Source: Patescibacteria group bacterium (GTDB lineage Bacteria > Patescibacteriota > Minisyncoccia > Phycocordibacterales > PALSA-1337). From it: a DNA stretch of 64,000 bases. The stretch is taken from assembly GCA_018970245.1 (NCBI GenBank), contig JAGWWT010000002.1, positions 24,067-88,066 on the forward strand. Direction: 5' to 3'. Of this stretch, positions 1-9,763 are shown in pieces (positions within the stretch are counted from its first letter, which is position 1; each line of letters opens with the position of its first letter). The notes below the pieces were generated by a model. It worked only from the letters and a program-made list of their open reading frames with translations, was not told where the DNA came from and did no database searches. The translations under genes and the position numbers were made by a program.

Positions 1-135
1 TATTATTGAACAGGAAGTGCGAGAGCGGATTCTCTTCGATGCGATAGTGTTTCATTTGATATATAGCGGTCTAGAGAATTGATAATATTCAGAAAATGAT
101 ATCACACCATATCCCCAAGCTATCCACAGGGTTAT

Positions 136-594
136 CTACATATTTGGACGGCTGTCTTTCTTGAGCTCTTCCCTCAATTCCATCCATATCTTCCCCATCT
201 GATTCTCGCCTTCGCCATTCTTGCCGTCATCCCAGAATCCGTCGCCTGGCGGATACGTATCTATATGCTTGACGATCTCCTTGTCGCCAGAATCTAGAAG
301 CGCTTTCCTGACCTCTGCATGCTGCTCCATCTTCATGCGCATAAGCTTCTTCATCATCTCGCGCTTGTTAGGCCTGAATGACGGATCAGATTCGTCCTTG
401 TGCCTAGTCGATATCTCCCATGCTTCGACCGGGCTCTTGGCAGCCGATATCTCTGCGCGGATCTTCGGATCCGAATACCGCAGGCATTGGTAAGCATGCT
501 CAACGGTCGGATAGCGGATGCCATCCAGGTCTATCGCATGAGCGGTATATGGGGAGAAATATATGTAGAAGATGTGGAGCGGAAGGCGATTCAT
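136..594 (-). CDS. NADAR-domain protein (YbiA/DUF1768-like)
   Basis: 152-aa ORF; motif IRYPTVEHAYQ plus acidic C-terminal half, typical of the NADAR fold. Confidence 0.65.
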   Translation of the reverse strand: MNRLPLHIFYIYFSPYTAHAIDLDGIRYPTVEHAYQCLRYSDPKIRAEISAAKSPVEAWEISTRHKDESDPSFRPNKREMMKKLMRMKMEQHAEVRKALLDSGDKEIVKHIDTYPPGDGFWDDGKNGEGENQMGKIWMELREELKKDSRPNM

Positions 595-599
595 ATCGT

Positions 600-1121
600 T
601 TATTTCGGCGGTTGGTATCCGAGCTCGTTCAGGTGATCGCTGATGTCTTGATATGACTTTCCGCAGAGCATGCCTCCGGCGAATGTCTCGTCATCGGTGA
701 CGTCAGCCAGACAGAAATCTGGCATGCCGAACGCTTTCATGTCCCTCACCGATTTGAATTCGACGTCCACAAGGACCAAGCCTTTTAACCCATCCTGGAA
801 TACGGCTACTTCCGCATTGGCTTCCTTATATGGATAATCGTACCTGATCTTCCTGACCTTTTTCCCTGCCGTCTTTGCCAATGAATCGAATTCTTCTTTG
901 GTAAGCCTTATCGTGTGCTCTGTCTGGATCGAAGCATCGCCCGACTGGTCAGGCTCCTTCTTCGTCATCTCGTATCTATCTCCATTCTTGCGGAGGCGCA
1001 AGACCGGATGAGCCGCAGAAGGCGGATAATAGGTATCGAAGACTTCCCTGTGCTGGCATTTTTCCAGGCCCTCCGGCAGGCGCCTTGCTAGGTATGTTTT
1101 TTCCAGCTCGAGTTCAATCAT
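600..1121 (-). CDS. CYTH-domain protein (triphosphate tunnel metalloenzyme / class IV adenylate cyclase-like)
   Basis: 173-aa ORF; N-terminal ELEKTYL (ExExK) motif and size match the CYTH family; 8-nt overlap with upstream amidase gene. Confidence 0.6.
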   Translation of the reverse strand: MIELELEKTYLARRLPEGLEKCQHREVFDTYYPPSAAHPVLRLRKNGDRYEMTKKEPDQSGDASIQTEHTIRLTKEEFDSLAKTAGKKVRKIRYDYPYKEANAEVAVFQDGLKGLVLVDVEFKSVRDMKAFGMPDFCLADVTDDETFAGGMLCGKSYQDISDHLNELGYQPPK

Positions 1122-1854
1122 CGCGCTTCATTCTAGCGTCTAAGAGCTTCTGTTTCCACACCGAAAGGAACAGCTTGCCTGGACAGGTCCTTTTCTCATT
1201 TACCTCGCAATGCCCAAATATATGCTCTGGCTTTATCTGGGGATAATGCTCGCGCAAGATCCTGGCAGCTGCCTCGATCTCAACAGCCGTCGGTTCCGAA
1301 TCTTCATAGTCGTCATCGAACGCTATCGCCACGCTCCGGCGATTGATTTCCCAATCGCCTGCGTGCCAACCGATCTCATCATCGTTCAAAAGCCGCTCGA
1401 CTTCCCCATTCTTGCGCACGAACCAATGATACGGCCAGAAGACTTGGCGCCTTTTGCCACCTTCTTCGCGGAAATGGCCGGAATATATAGGCGCGCCTTT
1501 GACTTCTCTGTCAGCGTCATACGTGGGTTTCGCATACTGCGGTGCATAAAGCCTGACAAGCTCGATGGCCGATAAGCGATCTTTGCTCATCCCAGGAGGA
1601 TTGCTCGTGTGATGGATCACCGCCATATCGATCGGCAAACGCTCCGCATCGAAATCCTTTCCATCAGCGCCGAGAGCGACCTCGCCAGCGGCCAGCTTCT
1701 CCTCGAAGAAAGCATAGATCCTATCTTTCGTCTCTTCATATGCGGCTCTATCGATGTCATGCAGCTTCGAGAGATCCGCCATGACAGCCGGCACTGCCAT
1801 ATACCAATGAGGGTCTCTTATCTTTTCGGACCATGTTTCAGGGTCGAAAATCAT
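1114..1854 (-). CDS. N-acetylmuramoyl-L-alanine amidase (amidase_2/PGRP fold)
   Basis: 246-aa ORF with HHTSN..., GWHAGD and IFGHCEV motifs (zinc ligands of the amidase_2 family). Confidence 0.7.
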   Translation of the reverse strand: MIFDPETWSEKIRDPHWYMAVPAVMADLSKLHDIDRAAYEETKDRIYAFFEEKLAAGEVALGADGKDFDAERLPIDMAVIHHTSNPPGMSKDRLSAIELVRLYAPQYAKPTYDADREVKGAPIYSGHFREEGGKRRQVFWPYHWFVRKNGEVERLLNDDEIGWHAGDWEINRRSVAIAFDDDYEDSEPTAVEIEAAARILREHYPQIKPEHIFGHCEVNEKRTCPGKLFLSVWKQKLLDARMKRDD

Positions 1855-1902
1855 ATATGGCTATCATATCAAAAATCGGAAACAAAAAACCCGCTCCCTC
1901 TT

Positions 1903-2526
1903 TCAGGGCTTGCGGGCGATGAGCCTAGCCGAGACGTTCTGCATCTGCGTGCCGTCAGGATGGCACTTCCTGGCACTAGTCGTCCCTTCGAAATACCATT
2001 CGATCTCCCATCCGCTGTAGAGCTGATCGAGCTCGCCTAGCTTCGGGTAGAAGAGCTCGGCGCTTGCGACCGGGTCTTTCCTGAAGAAGTCGCCTTCTGT
2101 CGTGAATGCAGCGATCACATTGAGCCCTCGCCTTTCAGTGGACCGCTTCATCTTCTCGATGAGCTCCAGACCCTGCGCCCGTCCTATGTGATGCATGACG
2201 TAAGCGCAGACGATGAGCCGGAATGGACGATCCCATTCGAACCCGAGGACGTCTGACTTCTTGATCCTTACGCTCACTCGCGCCGCTTTGGCTTCTTTCT
2301 GGAGCTTGCGGAGGCCGACCTCTGAGAAGTCGACGGCCGTCACATCGAATCCAGCTCTGGCCAGATAGATGGCATTCCTCCCTTCCCCGGCTCCGAGGTC
2401 GAGCGTCGAGCATGGGGCGATGAGCTCTGCGGCTCTGATCACAGCATCGCTTGGGCCTCCCTTGAATGTCGGGCCGGGCTGAGAATACAGTCTGTCGTAA
2501 TAGTCGATAAGAGCATTGTCTTTCAT
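1903..2526 (-). CDS. SAM-dependent methyltransferase (TehB-like)
   Basis: LDLGAGEGRNAIYLARAGFDVTAVDFS motif I; start placed at internal ATG (MKDNALIDYY), since the upstream 60 codons of the ORF look non-coding. Confidence 0.65.
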   Translation of the reverse strand: MKDNALIDYYDRLYSQPGPTFKGGPSDAVIRAAELIAPCSTLDLGAGEGRNAIYLARAGFDVTAVDFSEVGLRKLQKEAKAARVSVRIKKSDVLGFEWDRPFRLIVCAYVMHHIGRAQGLELIEKMKRSTERRGLNVIAAFTTEGDFFRKDPVASAELFYPKLGELDQLYSGWEIEWYFEGTTSARKCHPDGTQMQNVSARLIARKP

Positions 2527-2785
2527 GGTAACCACCTTCCGCGAGGATAGCACAATCGTGCGGGCGGTCAATCGCAGGCATATCCTGCCCTGCCTTGCTT
2601 CGCACATGGCAGTAGCCATGTCTCTCGCATATGCTCCATTTCGAAATCTTACCCTGACAAGATTTCGAAATAGGGGTATATTTACCGACACGTGATCCGG
2701 CTGACGATTCATGGCTATAGATCGTGGTCAGATCGAATTTTCGTTCTGTTTATTGCGAATCATTGCGAACTTAATCTCAACAAAA

Positions 2786-3079
2786 ATGCACGAAATCATG
2801 TCACAGCAAGATTCCGACAAAGCCGAATTCAAGAAGCATTCAAGTCCTCTGAAAAGAGGCCTTCTAGAATTCATCATTCTCAAAGCTATAGACGCCGAGT
2901 CGATGTACGCTGACCAACTTTGCAGATTCCTCGCCAAGACCGCTTTTTCATGCCCTCCTGGCACGCTTTATCCCCTTCTTCGGAAGCTCACGAAATCCGG
3001 CTATATAGTGCATCATTCCGACGACGCTCGCAAGATCAGCCATGCTCACATCCAAGCCATGAGAGACAGATATCAGTGA
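2786..3079 (+). CDS. PadR-family transcriptional regulator
   Basis: LLEFIILKAI...YPLLRKLTKSGYI winged-helix signature; start at internal ATG (MHEIMSQ); convergent with ABC-2 pair. Confidence 0.7.
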   Translation: MHEIMSQQDSDKAEFKKHSSPLKRGLLEFIILKAIDAESMYADQLCRFLAKTAFSCPPGTLYPLLRKLTKSGYIVHHSDDARKISHAHIQAMRDRYQ

Positions 3080-3081
3080 GC

Positions 3082-3846
3082 CTACGCCTTGATCCTCGAG
3101 AATAGCCATCCGCCAACGACCACGAATAGCGCCGCGATGCAGTAGACGACTACGAAATCGGTCCAGAGCGAATATGTAGACAAAAGAGCGAGAGCGCCGC
3201 GCAATCCGTCGACTCCGTATGACAGAGGATTGACATCCGCGATGTACTGGATCCAGATAGGCGCAGTCGTTAGCGGAAATAGCGCCCCAGAAAGGAAGAA
3301 CAACGGCATGTTGACTAGGTTGACTATGAGCCCGAAGCCCTGCATATCTTCCATCGTCGAGGCGATCGCCGTGCCGAAGGCTGTGAAGACCAGAGCGATC
3401 CCGAACATGAAGACCAGAGCCGGCAGGACGAGCGCGATATCCGGCCTGAAGCCGATCACGAACGTGATGATGAGGACGATCACGCCCTGCATGAATGCCG
3501 TTGTGGCGCCGCCAAGCGTGCGCCCGAACATGATGGCCACCCTCGACACCGGCGCGACGAGAGTCTCTTTTAAGAACCCGAACTGCCTGTCCCAGATGAG
3601 CTCTATGCCCGAGAAGACGGCCGTGAACATGATCGACATGGCGATGATGCCAGGCGCCAGGAATTGGATGTAGTTGCCGCCGCCGGCCTTTGAGAAGATC
3701 GGCCCGAAGCCGAAACCGAGCGCCACTAGGAATACGACCGGCTGCCCCAAGGACCCGATCATGCGCGATTTCGAACGGAAATAGCGCTTGATCTGGCGGA
3801 GCCAGAGGATGTACATGGCGTAGAATGTGTTGGATGTCTGGTTCAT
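3082..3846 (-). CDS. ABC-2 type exporter permease
   Basis: 254 aa, about 6 TM segments, ABC-2 permease topology; 14 nt downstream of the ATPase gene. Confidence 0.75.
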   Translation of the reverse strand: MNQTSNTFYAMYILWLRQIKRYFRSKSRMIGSLGQPVVFLVALGFGFGPIFSKAGGGNYIQFLAPGIIAMSIMFTAVFSGIELIWDRQFGFLKETLVAPVSRVAIMFGRTLGGATTAFMQGVIVLIITFVIGFRPDIALVLPALVFMFGIALVFTAFGTAIASTMEDMQGFGLIVNLVNMPLFFLSGALFPLTTAPIWIQYIADVNPLSYGVDGLRGALALLSTYSLWTDFVVVYCIAALFVVVGGWLFSRIKA

Positions 3847-3862
3847 GCGATTATCAGGATGA

Positions 3863-4669
3863 TCAGCGGCGCCTCCCTCTCCAAGCGTTCCTCATCGAGC
3901 GCAGATGATCTATCGCTCCCGCTTCCTGCTCTCGGATGCTGCGTCCAGTGAGCTTGATGAAAGCATCCTCCAGAGTCGGCGTGCCTGTATCGGCCATGAT
4001 CGACTGCGGAGTGCCTGTCTTCATGATCTTGCCATGGTCTATGATGGCCACGCTGTCAGCGGTCCGCTCGGCCTCCTCCATATAATGCGTCGTGAAGAAG
4101 ACGGTGAGCCCGCGCTCCTTGTTGAGCTTCTTTATGTATTCCCAGATATGGTTGCGCGTCTGGGGATCGAGGCCGGTCGTCGGCTCGTCCAGGAACAATA
4201 TGGCCGGCGTATGCAAGAGCCCTCGGGCGATCTCGAGGCGCCTCTTCATGCCGCCGGAAAAGGTCTTGACCAGGTGGTCCTTGCGATCGGAAAGGTCAAC
4301 GAAATCGAGCATCTCGGCTATCCTTCCTGGCGTCTCGGCGCGAGGCACTCCGTACAATCCGGCGTGGAAATAGAGATTTTCATACGCTGTGAGCTCATCA
4401 TCGAGCGAAGGGTCCTGAAAGACGATGCCGAAAGAGTGCCTGACCTTGTGCGGATCGCGCGTCGGGTCGAAGCCGTTCACGACTATGCGCCCGGAAGTCG
4501 GCCGTTCCAGAGTCGTAAGCATCTTTATGCTGGTCGTCTTCCCGGCGCCGTTAGGGCCCAAGAATGCGAAGACCGATCCGGCAGGGACATCGAAAGATAT
4601 ATCGGAAACGGCCTTTATGGGGCCGTATTCTTTTACTAGGTTTTTGACGGATATCCGCGATTCCGACAT
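3863..4669 (-). CDS. ABC transporter ATP-binding protein (DrrA-like)
   Basis: Walker A GPNGAGKTT, signature SGGMKRRL, Walker B ILFLDEPT. Confidence 0.9.
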   Translation of the reverse strand: MSESRISVKNLVKEYGPIKAVSDISFDVPAGSVFAFLGPNGAGKTTSIKMLTTLERPTSGRIVVNGFDPTRDPHKVRHSFGIVFQDPSLDDELTAYENLYFHAGLYGVPRAETPGRIAEMLDFVDLSDRKDHLVKTFSGGMKRRLEIARGLLHTPAILFLDEPTTGLDPQTRNHIWEYIKKLNKERGLTVFFTTHYMEEAERTADSVAIIDHGKIMKTGTPQSIMADTGTPTLEDAFIKLTGRSIREQEAGAIDHLRSMRNAWRGRRR

Positions 4670-4714
4670 TAGGTTGCTTAATATACTATCACAGCGAGCC
4701 GAATGGTGCGGCGC

Positions 4715-5098
4715 TTAGATCGAGAATGGCCAGGGCATCGAGATAGCGAACATCATGGCCACAGCTCCGATCAGGCCGATATTCTTCCAGAAATTTATCG
4801 ATTGGGCCATCTTCATGTTCGGATCAGCCACATTCCAGTAATCATGCATCTTGAAGGTGACGGGGATGAGGAATACGAGAAGGCAGACCAAACCGACGGC
4901 CGGCCACAGACCGAGGACCATAGACAAGCCTCCGGCGAGGAGGAGCAGCCCTGTAACGATTATGGCGAGCTTGGCCGCTGGGACGCCCTTAGAAGAGGCG
5001 TATGCGACCGTGCCCTGAAAGCCGCTGAAGTGCCTATAACCGTTCCGGAGCCAGTAGAACCCGAATATGAGACGGCCGATGAAGAATATCGTAGTCAT
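4715..5098 (-). CDS. DoxX-family membrane protein
   Basis: 127 aa, 4 TM helices, DoxX-like hydrophobic pattern. Confidence 0.6.
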   Translation of the reverse strand: MTTIFFIGRLIFGFYWLRNGYRHFSGFQGTVAYASSKGVPAAKLAIIVTGLLLLAGGLSMVLGLWPAVGLVCLLVFLIPVTFKMHDYWNVADPNMKMAQSINFWKNIGLIGAVAMMFAISMPWPFSI

Positions 5099-5193
5099 GA
5101 TGAAACGTTTTTATATGAACGCTCGTAATAATTACACTGTGCCCATATATTGTGCCTTTTAATAGATACGAAATCAACTAATCATTCACAAAT

Positions 5194-5646
5194 ATGCCAA
5201 ATAACATACACAGGTTCAGCCCCCATATCCGCTTCCCCAACGGAAAATGCCGCGAAGGGATGGAATTCTATAAGAGCGTGTTCGGCGGAAAGCTAGACTT
5301 CATGACGGTCGGGCAAGCGCCGCAGGATGTGATCAAGAACATGCCTAATATCCCGAAAGATAACGTCATGCACGCCTCCCTCGACAGCGAAGGATTCAGC
5401 ATCCTGGGAGCAGACCAGATGCGCGATCCGGTAGTCAAAGGCGACCAGGTCACGATCATGGTCGAGCTCTCGAACCAGAAGGAGGTCGACGACAAGTTCG
5501 CCAAGCTATCTGTCGGCGGACAGGTCTTCATGAAGCCTGAGAAGATGTTCTGGGGCGGATACTACGGCTCCCTCACCGACAAGTACAGCGTCGAATGGGC
5601 GCTGCATTGCAGAAGCAAGGAGGAAGGAGTAAGGAGGAAGGAGTAA
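5194..5646 (+). CDS. VOC/glyoxalase-fold protein (PhnB-like)
   Basis: NGKCREGMEFYKSVFGG motif typical of PhnB-like VOC proteins; C-terminal tail created by a 14-nt tandem duplication. Confidence 0.55.
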   Translation: MPNNIHRFSPHIRFPNGKCREGMEFYKSVFGGKLDFMTVGQAPQDVIKNMPNIPKDNVMHASLDSEGFSILGADQMRDPVVKGDQVTIMVELSNQKEVDDKFAKLSVGGQVFMKPEKMFWGGYYGSLTDKYSVEWALHCRSKEEGVRRKE

Positions 5647-5658
5647 GGAGGAAGCGAC

Positions 5659-5688
5659 AAAAAAGCCGCGGGATCGAAATCCTGCGGC
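5659..5688 (-). terminator. rho-independent terminator after pyrE-like/pyrF operon (coordinates approximate)
   Basis: hairpin GCCGCGGGA-N6-TCCTGCGGC followed on the minus strand by TTTTTTGTCGC. Confidence 0.55.
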
Positions 5689-5707
5689 ACTTACTCCCAA
5701 AAGAATA

Positions 5708-6397
5708 TCAAGCTTTTCCTGTCAGTTGTGCCCAATTCGTTTTTGGCCGAACTCGTACCGAACCGCTCTTGCAAAACGGACATTCTGCCGGATCCCAAAC
5801 CTTGATGTCGTAATGCGCGTATGGCACGATCCTCGTCTGTTCGATCTCGGTCACATCTGACCGATGGACGAGGACACCGGCCACTGGCGCGAATTTGATC
5901 GGGTACTCATGGAAGGCTCGGATGCCCTTGCGGACTTCTTGGAATGTGAGGGCCGTTGTCATGAGCTCTTCGACTTGGAGAACGACCTCGTTCTCCTCGA
6001 TCTTGAACCTCTTCCAAAGCTGACTCTTCCCTTCTCCTTTTTCAGTGAAGTCGTGATTGGCACCAAGCCAAACCGCCACGTTCTGCGAAAGGGTCGCGCC
6101 GGCGTGGTCGGAGCCGACGACCCAGTCTATCGGACCATCGTACGCACTGCGGATCGCGAGTGTCAATTCCCGCGCCAAGAGAAAACCGATGCGCGAGAAT
6201 CGAAGCAACCGCAATACGTCGGCAAAGCCGTCGCTGCACTTGCCCGATGTCAGCTCGGCATGCGGTGCTTGGGGCTGGCCCGAATGCAGCCAAAGCGCCT
6301 CTGCAGATTCGAGCATCTCTCGAAACTTATCGAGAGTGACAGAATCGACATGATAGAAGGCTGGCTCAAGACTACGCTGGAATTCCAAGAGGTTCAT
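5708..6397 (-). CDS. pyrE: type I phosphoribosyltransferase, orotate phosphoribosyltransferase-like
   Basis: PRPP-binding-like motif VVLQVEELMTTALT; 4-nt overlap (ATGA) with the upstream OMP decarboxylase gene. Confidence 0.5.
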   Translation of the reverse strand: MNLLEFQRSLEPAFYHVDSVTLDKFREMLESAEALWLHSGQPQAPHAELTSGKCSDGFADVLRLLRFSRIGFLLARELTLAIRSAYDGPIDWVVGSDHAGATLSQNVAVWLGANHDFTEKGEGKSQLWKRFKIEENEVVLQVEELMTTALTFQEVRKGIRAFHEYPIKFAPVAGVLVHRSDVTEIEQTRIVPYAHYDIKVWDPAECPFCKSGSVRVRPKTNWAQLTGKA

Positions 6398-7293
6398 ACT
6401 GTCACCTCCTCTAAGCAGGATTTAATGGCCTTATGTAACTTTAGTGTCTCTCTCCGCGCCGCTTCAGCGTAGTCTTCGCCAGAAGACGCGTACAGGATCG
6501 ACCGCGACGAGTTGATGATCATACCGCGGCCGCGGCTGTCCTTACCGGCTGCGACCGTCTTCTCGAGATCGCCGCCCTGAACGCCTATTCCCGGGATCAG
6601 GATCGGCAATTCGCCGACGATCTGTCGCACCCGAGCCAATTCGGCCGGATACGTAGCGCCAACTACCAATGCGCAGTTGCCATTCGCATTCCATTCATGT
6701 GCCACTTGAGCCGCGACTATTTCGTATAGCTTCGCGCTGACGATGCTGCCTGGTTCAGAGCCGACCGTTTGGACTCTGATGTCCTGGAACTCACCAGCGC
6801 CTTTGTTAGAGGTCCGGCAAAGGACGATGATGCCTTTTTCTTTGCGAGCCAGGAAAGGCTGGAGCGCTTGCTTTCCGAGATACGGATGGACAGTGATCGC
6901 GTCGGCGCCCAAGAGGTCGAAGGCCGATTTGATATAGCCCTTGTTGGTGTTGTCGATATCAGCGCGCTTGGCGTCCAGGATCACAGGTACATGCGGAGCT
7001 AGCTGATGCGCTGTGCCGATGACCTCTAAGAGCGCTTCTATGCCGCTATGACCTAATCCTTCAAAGAATGCGGAGTTCGGCTTATAGGCACAGACGAGGT
7101 CCTTGGTCGCCGCTATTATCGATTCGCAGAACTCGACTACTGTCGAAGGATCGGGTCTGTGGACAGGGAGCTCTGCTGATCTGCAGCGCTCCTTCAGGTG
7201 TTCGGGCATCCTGTCCATGTCCGGATCCAAACCGACGCAGACGAATTTGCCTTCGGCCCATCGGGCCTTGATCAGATCGTGGAAGTTTCTCAT
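6394..7293 (-). CDS. pyrF: orotidine 5'-phosphate decarboxylase (type 2)
   Basis: 299 aa; FVCVGLDPD, ILDAKRADIDNT and catalytic Lys region match long-form PyrF. Confidence 0.75.
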   Translation of the reverse strand: MRNFHDLIKARWAEGKFVCVGLDPDMDRMPEHLKERCRSAELPVHRPDPSTVVEFCESIIAATKDLVCAYKPNSAFFEGLGHSGIEALLEVIGTAHQLAPHVPVILDAKRADIDNTNKGYIKSAFDLLGADAITVHPYLGKQALQPFLARKEKGIIVLCRTSNKGAGEFQDIRVQTVGSEPGSIVSAKLYEIVAAQVAHEWNANGNCALVVGATYPAELARVRQIVGELPILIPGIGVQGGDLEKTVAAGKDSRGRGMIINSSRSILYASSGEDYAEAARRETLKLHKAIKSCLEEVTV

Positions 7294-7396
7294 ATTTCAA
7301 TCCAGAAGTGCGTTGTTGTGAATGTCCTCTTCCTGGCACGCGCCAGACTGACATCTGGGGCTGATACTACTCGCAGGGGCAAGCCTGTCAATCAGA

Positions 7397-9763
7397 TCAT
7401 CTACCGTTATACAACCTCTTCGCGCCCTCCCCTACCTGCATCCACGCGAACGACCAGCCCCAAACGAGCGCGGCATAGCCGATCGAGATCGGCGCCGTGA
7501 ATAGCCCGAAGACCGACATCGCCGTGGCGATGAGCTGCGTCAGGCTGGTCGCCAGGATGACCTGCTTCGAGGGCAGGAACTTGTACCATGGCTTCTCTGT
7601 GTGCGCTATATATATGAGCATATGCCCCGAGACCGTCAGCTTGAGGAAGAACAGCGTCTGGACTGCCGCCCAAGGCGCATGCAGGACCGCTACGGCGAAC
7701 CAGAGCAGGAACATGCTATTCGCGATCCCTACGAAACCGAAGATCGTCGAGAGCGTGAAGCGCCGCCTCGCGTCGATCGAAGCCGGCGCCTGCGGCACGG
7801 TGACGCGATCGTACGCGAGAGTGATGATCGGGATGTCGTTCAAAAGGGCTATGAGGATGATCTGCACCGGCGACAGCGGATATGTATGGAAAATGAAGCC
7901 GATGACGGCGATCGTGACGATCAAACGGAAGCTCTCCGAGATCCTGTAGACCGAGTAGTTGTACAGGCGCACGAATATCTTGCGAGCCTCGATTATCGCG
8001 TCCTTGATCACCGCGATGCCTGATGACGACAAGACTATGTCAGCCGCGCCTTTCAGAGCATCGACTGCGTTCGATACAGCGATCCCGACAGTAGCCGCTT
8101 TGACTGGCGGTACATCGTTCACGCCGTCGCCAGTCACAGCCGTGACGAAATCGCGCTTGGCCAGCGTGACTATGTCGTACTTATCCTTCGGCATGACTTC
8201 AGCGAATCCAGCGACGCCGCTGAAGCCGCTCCTCACCCCTTCCGGGTCGCGATCGAGCTCGGACCGTTTGACGATCCGGCCGGAAAGGCCCAGCTCGGAG
8301 GCCACCTGGACGGCGACGTCATACCCGTCTCCCGTGACCATCTTGACCGACACGCCATGATCGGTCATGAAACCTATAGTCTCCTTGGCTTCAGGCCTGA
8401 TCTCGTCTGCCAGGAAGAACACCGCCAACGGCAGCATCTTAGCTTCGCTGCCATCCGGCGAAACGGCCAGCGCCAGAGCGCGGTAGCCCTTCTTGGCCGC
8501 TTCTGATACGAGCGAGTCGTATCTCACGGCCGCCTGCGCCTCCATGGCCGACAGCTCCCGGATGGTCTGCGGCGCCCCGAGCGAGGCGGCCACTCGGCGG
8601 CCATCATGATCGAAAAAGACGGTCGCCCTCTTCCTTTCGGAATCGCCTGGGATGAAATCAGCGACCGTCATCGCAGATGCCCCATGCTTCTCGGCTTCAT
8701 CGGCCACGGCCGCCGCCAGCGGATTGATATCGGTGCGAGGAGCGGCTGCGGCGGCGATAGACCATATGGTCTTCTCATCCCAGCCTGTGCCAAGCGGCGA
8801 TGCGAGGAGCGATACGCCAGCCACGGTGATGCGGTTCTCGGTGAGCGTGCCCGTCTTGTCCGACAATAGCAGGTTCACGTTCGCCAGATCCTCGAGCGAA
8901 GAGAGCCTCCGGACTATGACGGACTTCTTTGCCAGCTCCATCACCCCCACCGATATGATGAGCGTCATGACCGTAGGCAGAGCGACCGGTATGCCGGCTA
9001 TAAGGAGAGAGATGTCCAGCGTGCCTATCTCCGAGATCGGCAGCCGCGCCGCCAAGAGCACGCCAGTGAGCGCTATCATGACGATGATGCTGATCACAGA
9101 CAGGAATCGCGACACAGAAAGGATGTCCTTCTCGAGGTTGCTGCGCCCGCGCGACGGATCGACCATCGTGAGCGTCTTGCCGAAATAGGTCCGGCTTCCG
9201 GTGGCCGTCACCTGCGCCAATGACAACCCTGTGGAGATGAAGGAGCCTGAATAGGCCGACTCCCCCACCGCCTTGCTCTTGGGAAGCGACTCTCCGGTCA
9301 CCACCGAATCGTTCACTGTCAGGTTCCTGGCCTGAAGGAAGGACACATCGGCCGGCACGAGGTCGCCGACGCCGAGCCTGATGACGTCGCCCAAGACTAA
9401 GTCGGCCGAGCGGATCTCCTTCCACTCTCCGTCGCGCATGGCTTTGACGATGACCGCGAGCTTAGCCTTGAGCTTCTCGATGGCGGTGTCGGCCTTGGCT
9501 TCGTGCCAGGCGCCGACGCCGACGTTCATGACGAAGAGCGCGCCGATGATCCAGGCGTCTTCTTCATGTCCGCCGAAGACGGAAAGGCCGCCAGCGGCGA
9601 TGAACATGACTGACATCGGCGACGCCACCCAGTGCCATATGCGCATCAGGATGGATTGCTTCTTCTCCTCTATGAGGTTCGGTCCGTATTCCTGCAGGCG
9701 CTTGGCCGCTTCTGCAGAGGTCAGGCCTATGTTTTTTTCGATTGGCGGCATTTGTCGCGTCAC
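7397..9763 (-). CDS. P-type ATPase, type III (H+/Mg2+ transporting-like)
   Basis: 788 aa; DKTGTLT phosphorylation site, GDGVNDVPPVK hinge, 10 TM layout, N-terminal GLTSAEAAKRL typical of PMA1/MgtA-like pumps. Confidence 0.85.
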   Translation of the reverse strand: MTRQMPPIEKNIGLTSAEAAKRLQEYGPNLIEEKKQSILMRIWHWVASPMSVMFIAAGGLSVFGGHEEDAWIIGALFVMNVGVGAWHEAKADTAIEKLKAKLAVIVKAMRDGEWKEIRSADLVLGDVIRLGVGDLVPADVSFLQARNLTVNDSVVTGESLPKSKAVGESAYSGSFISTGLSLAQVTATGSRTYFGKTLTMVDPSRGRSNLEKDILSVSRFLSVISIIVMIALTGVLLAARLPISEIGTLDISLLIAGIPVALPTVMTLIISVGVMELAKKSVIVRRLSSLEDLANVNLLLSDKTGTLTENRITVAGVSLLASPLGTGWDEKTIWSIAAAAAPRTDINPLAAAVADEAEKHGASAMTVADFIPGDSERKRATVFFDHDGRRVAASLGAPQTIRELSAMEAQAAVRYDSLVSEAAKKGYRALALAVSPDGSEAKMLPLAVFFLADEIRPEAKETIGFMTDHGVSVKMVTGDGYDVAVQVASELGLSGRIVKRSELDRDPEGVRSGFSGVAGFAEVMPKDKYDIVTLAKRDFVTAVTGDGVNDVPPVKAATVGIAVSNAVDALKGAADIVLSSSGIAVIKDAIIEARKIFVRLYNYSVYRISESFRLIVTIAVIGFIFHTYPLSPVQIILIALLNDIPIITLAYDRVTVPQAPASIDARRRFTLSTIFGFVGIANSMFLLWFAVAVLHAPWAAVQTLFFLKLTVSGHMLIYIAHTEKPWYKFLPSKQVILATSLTQLIATAMSVFGLFTAPISIGYAALVWGWSFAWMQVGEGAKRLYNGR

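Noticed and set aside
2527-2712. N-terminal 62-codon extension of the methyltransferase ORF
   Set aside because: No conserved residues. The internal ATG gives a protein of canonical length.
3905-4639. 244-aa plus-strand ORF antisense to the ABC ATPase
   Set aside because: It overlaps a gene with perfect Walker motifs and has the composition of an antisense frame.
5627-5654. 14-nt tandem duplication GAAGGAGTAAGGAG x2 at the 3' end of the PhnB-like gene
   Set aside because: Real, but it only adds a short basic tail after the conserved domain end (…EWALHC). Likely a slippage event without functional significance.
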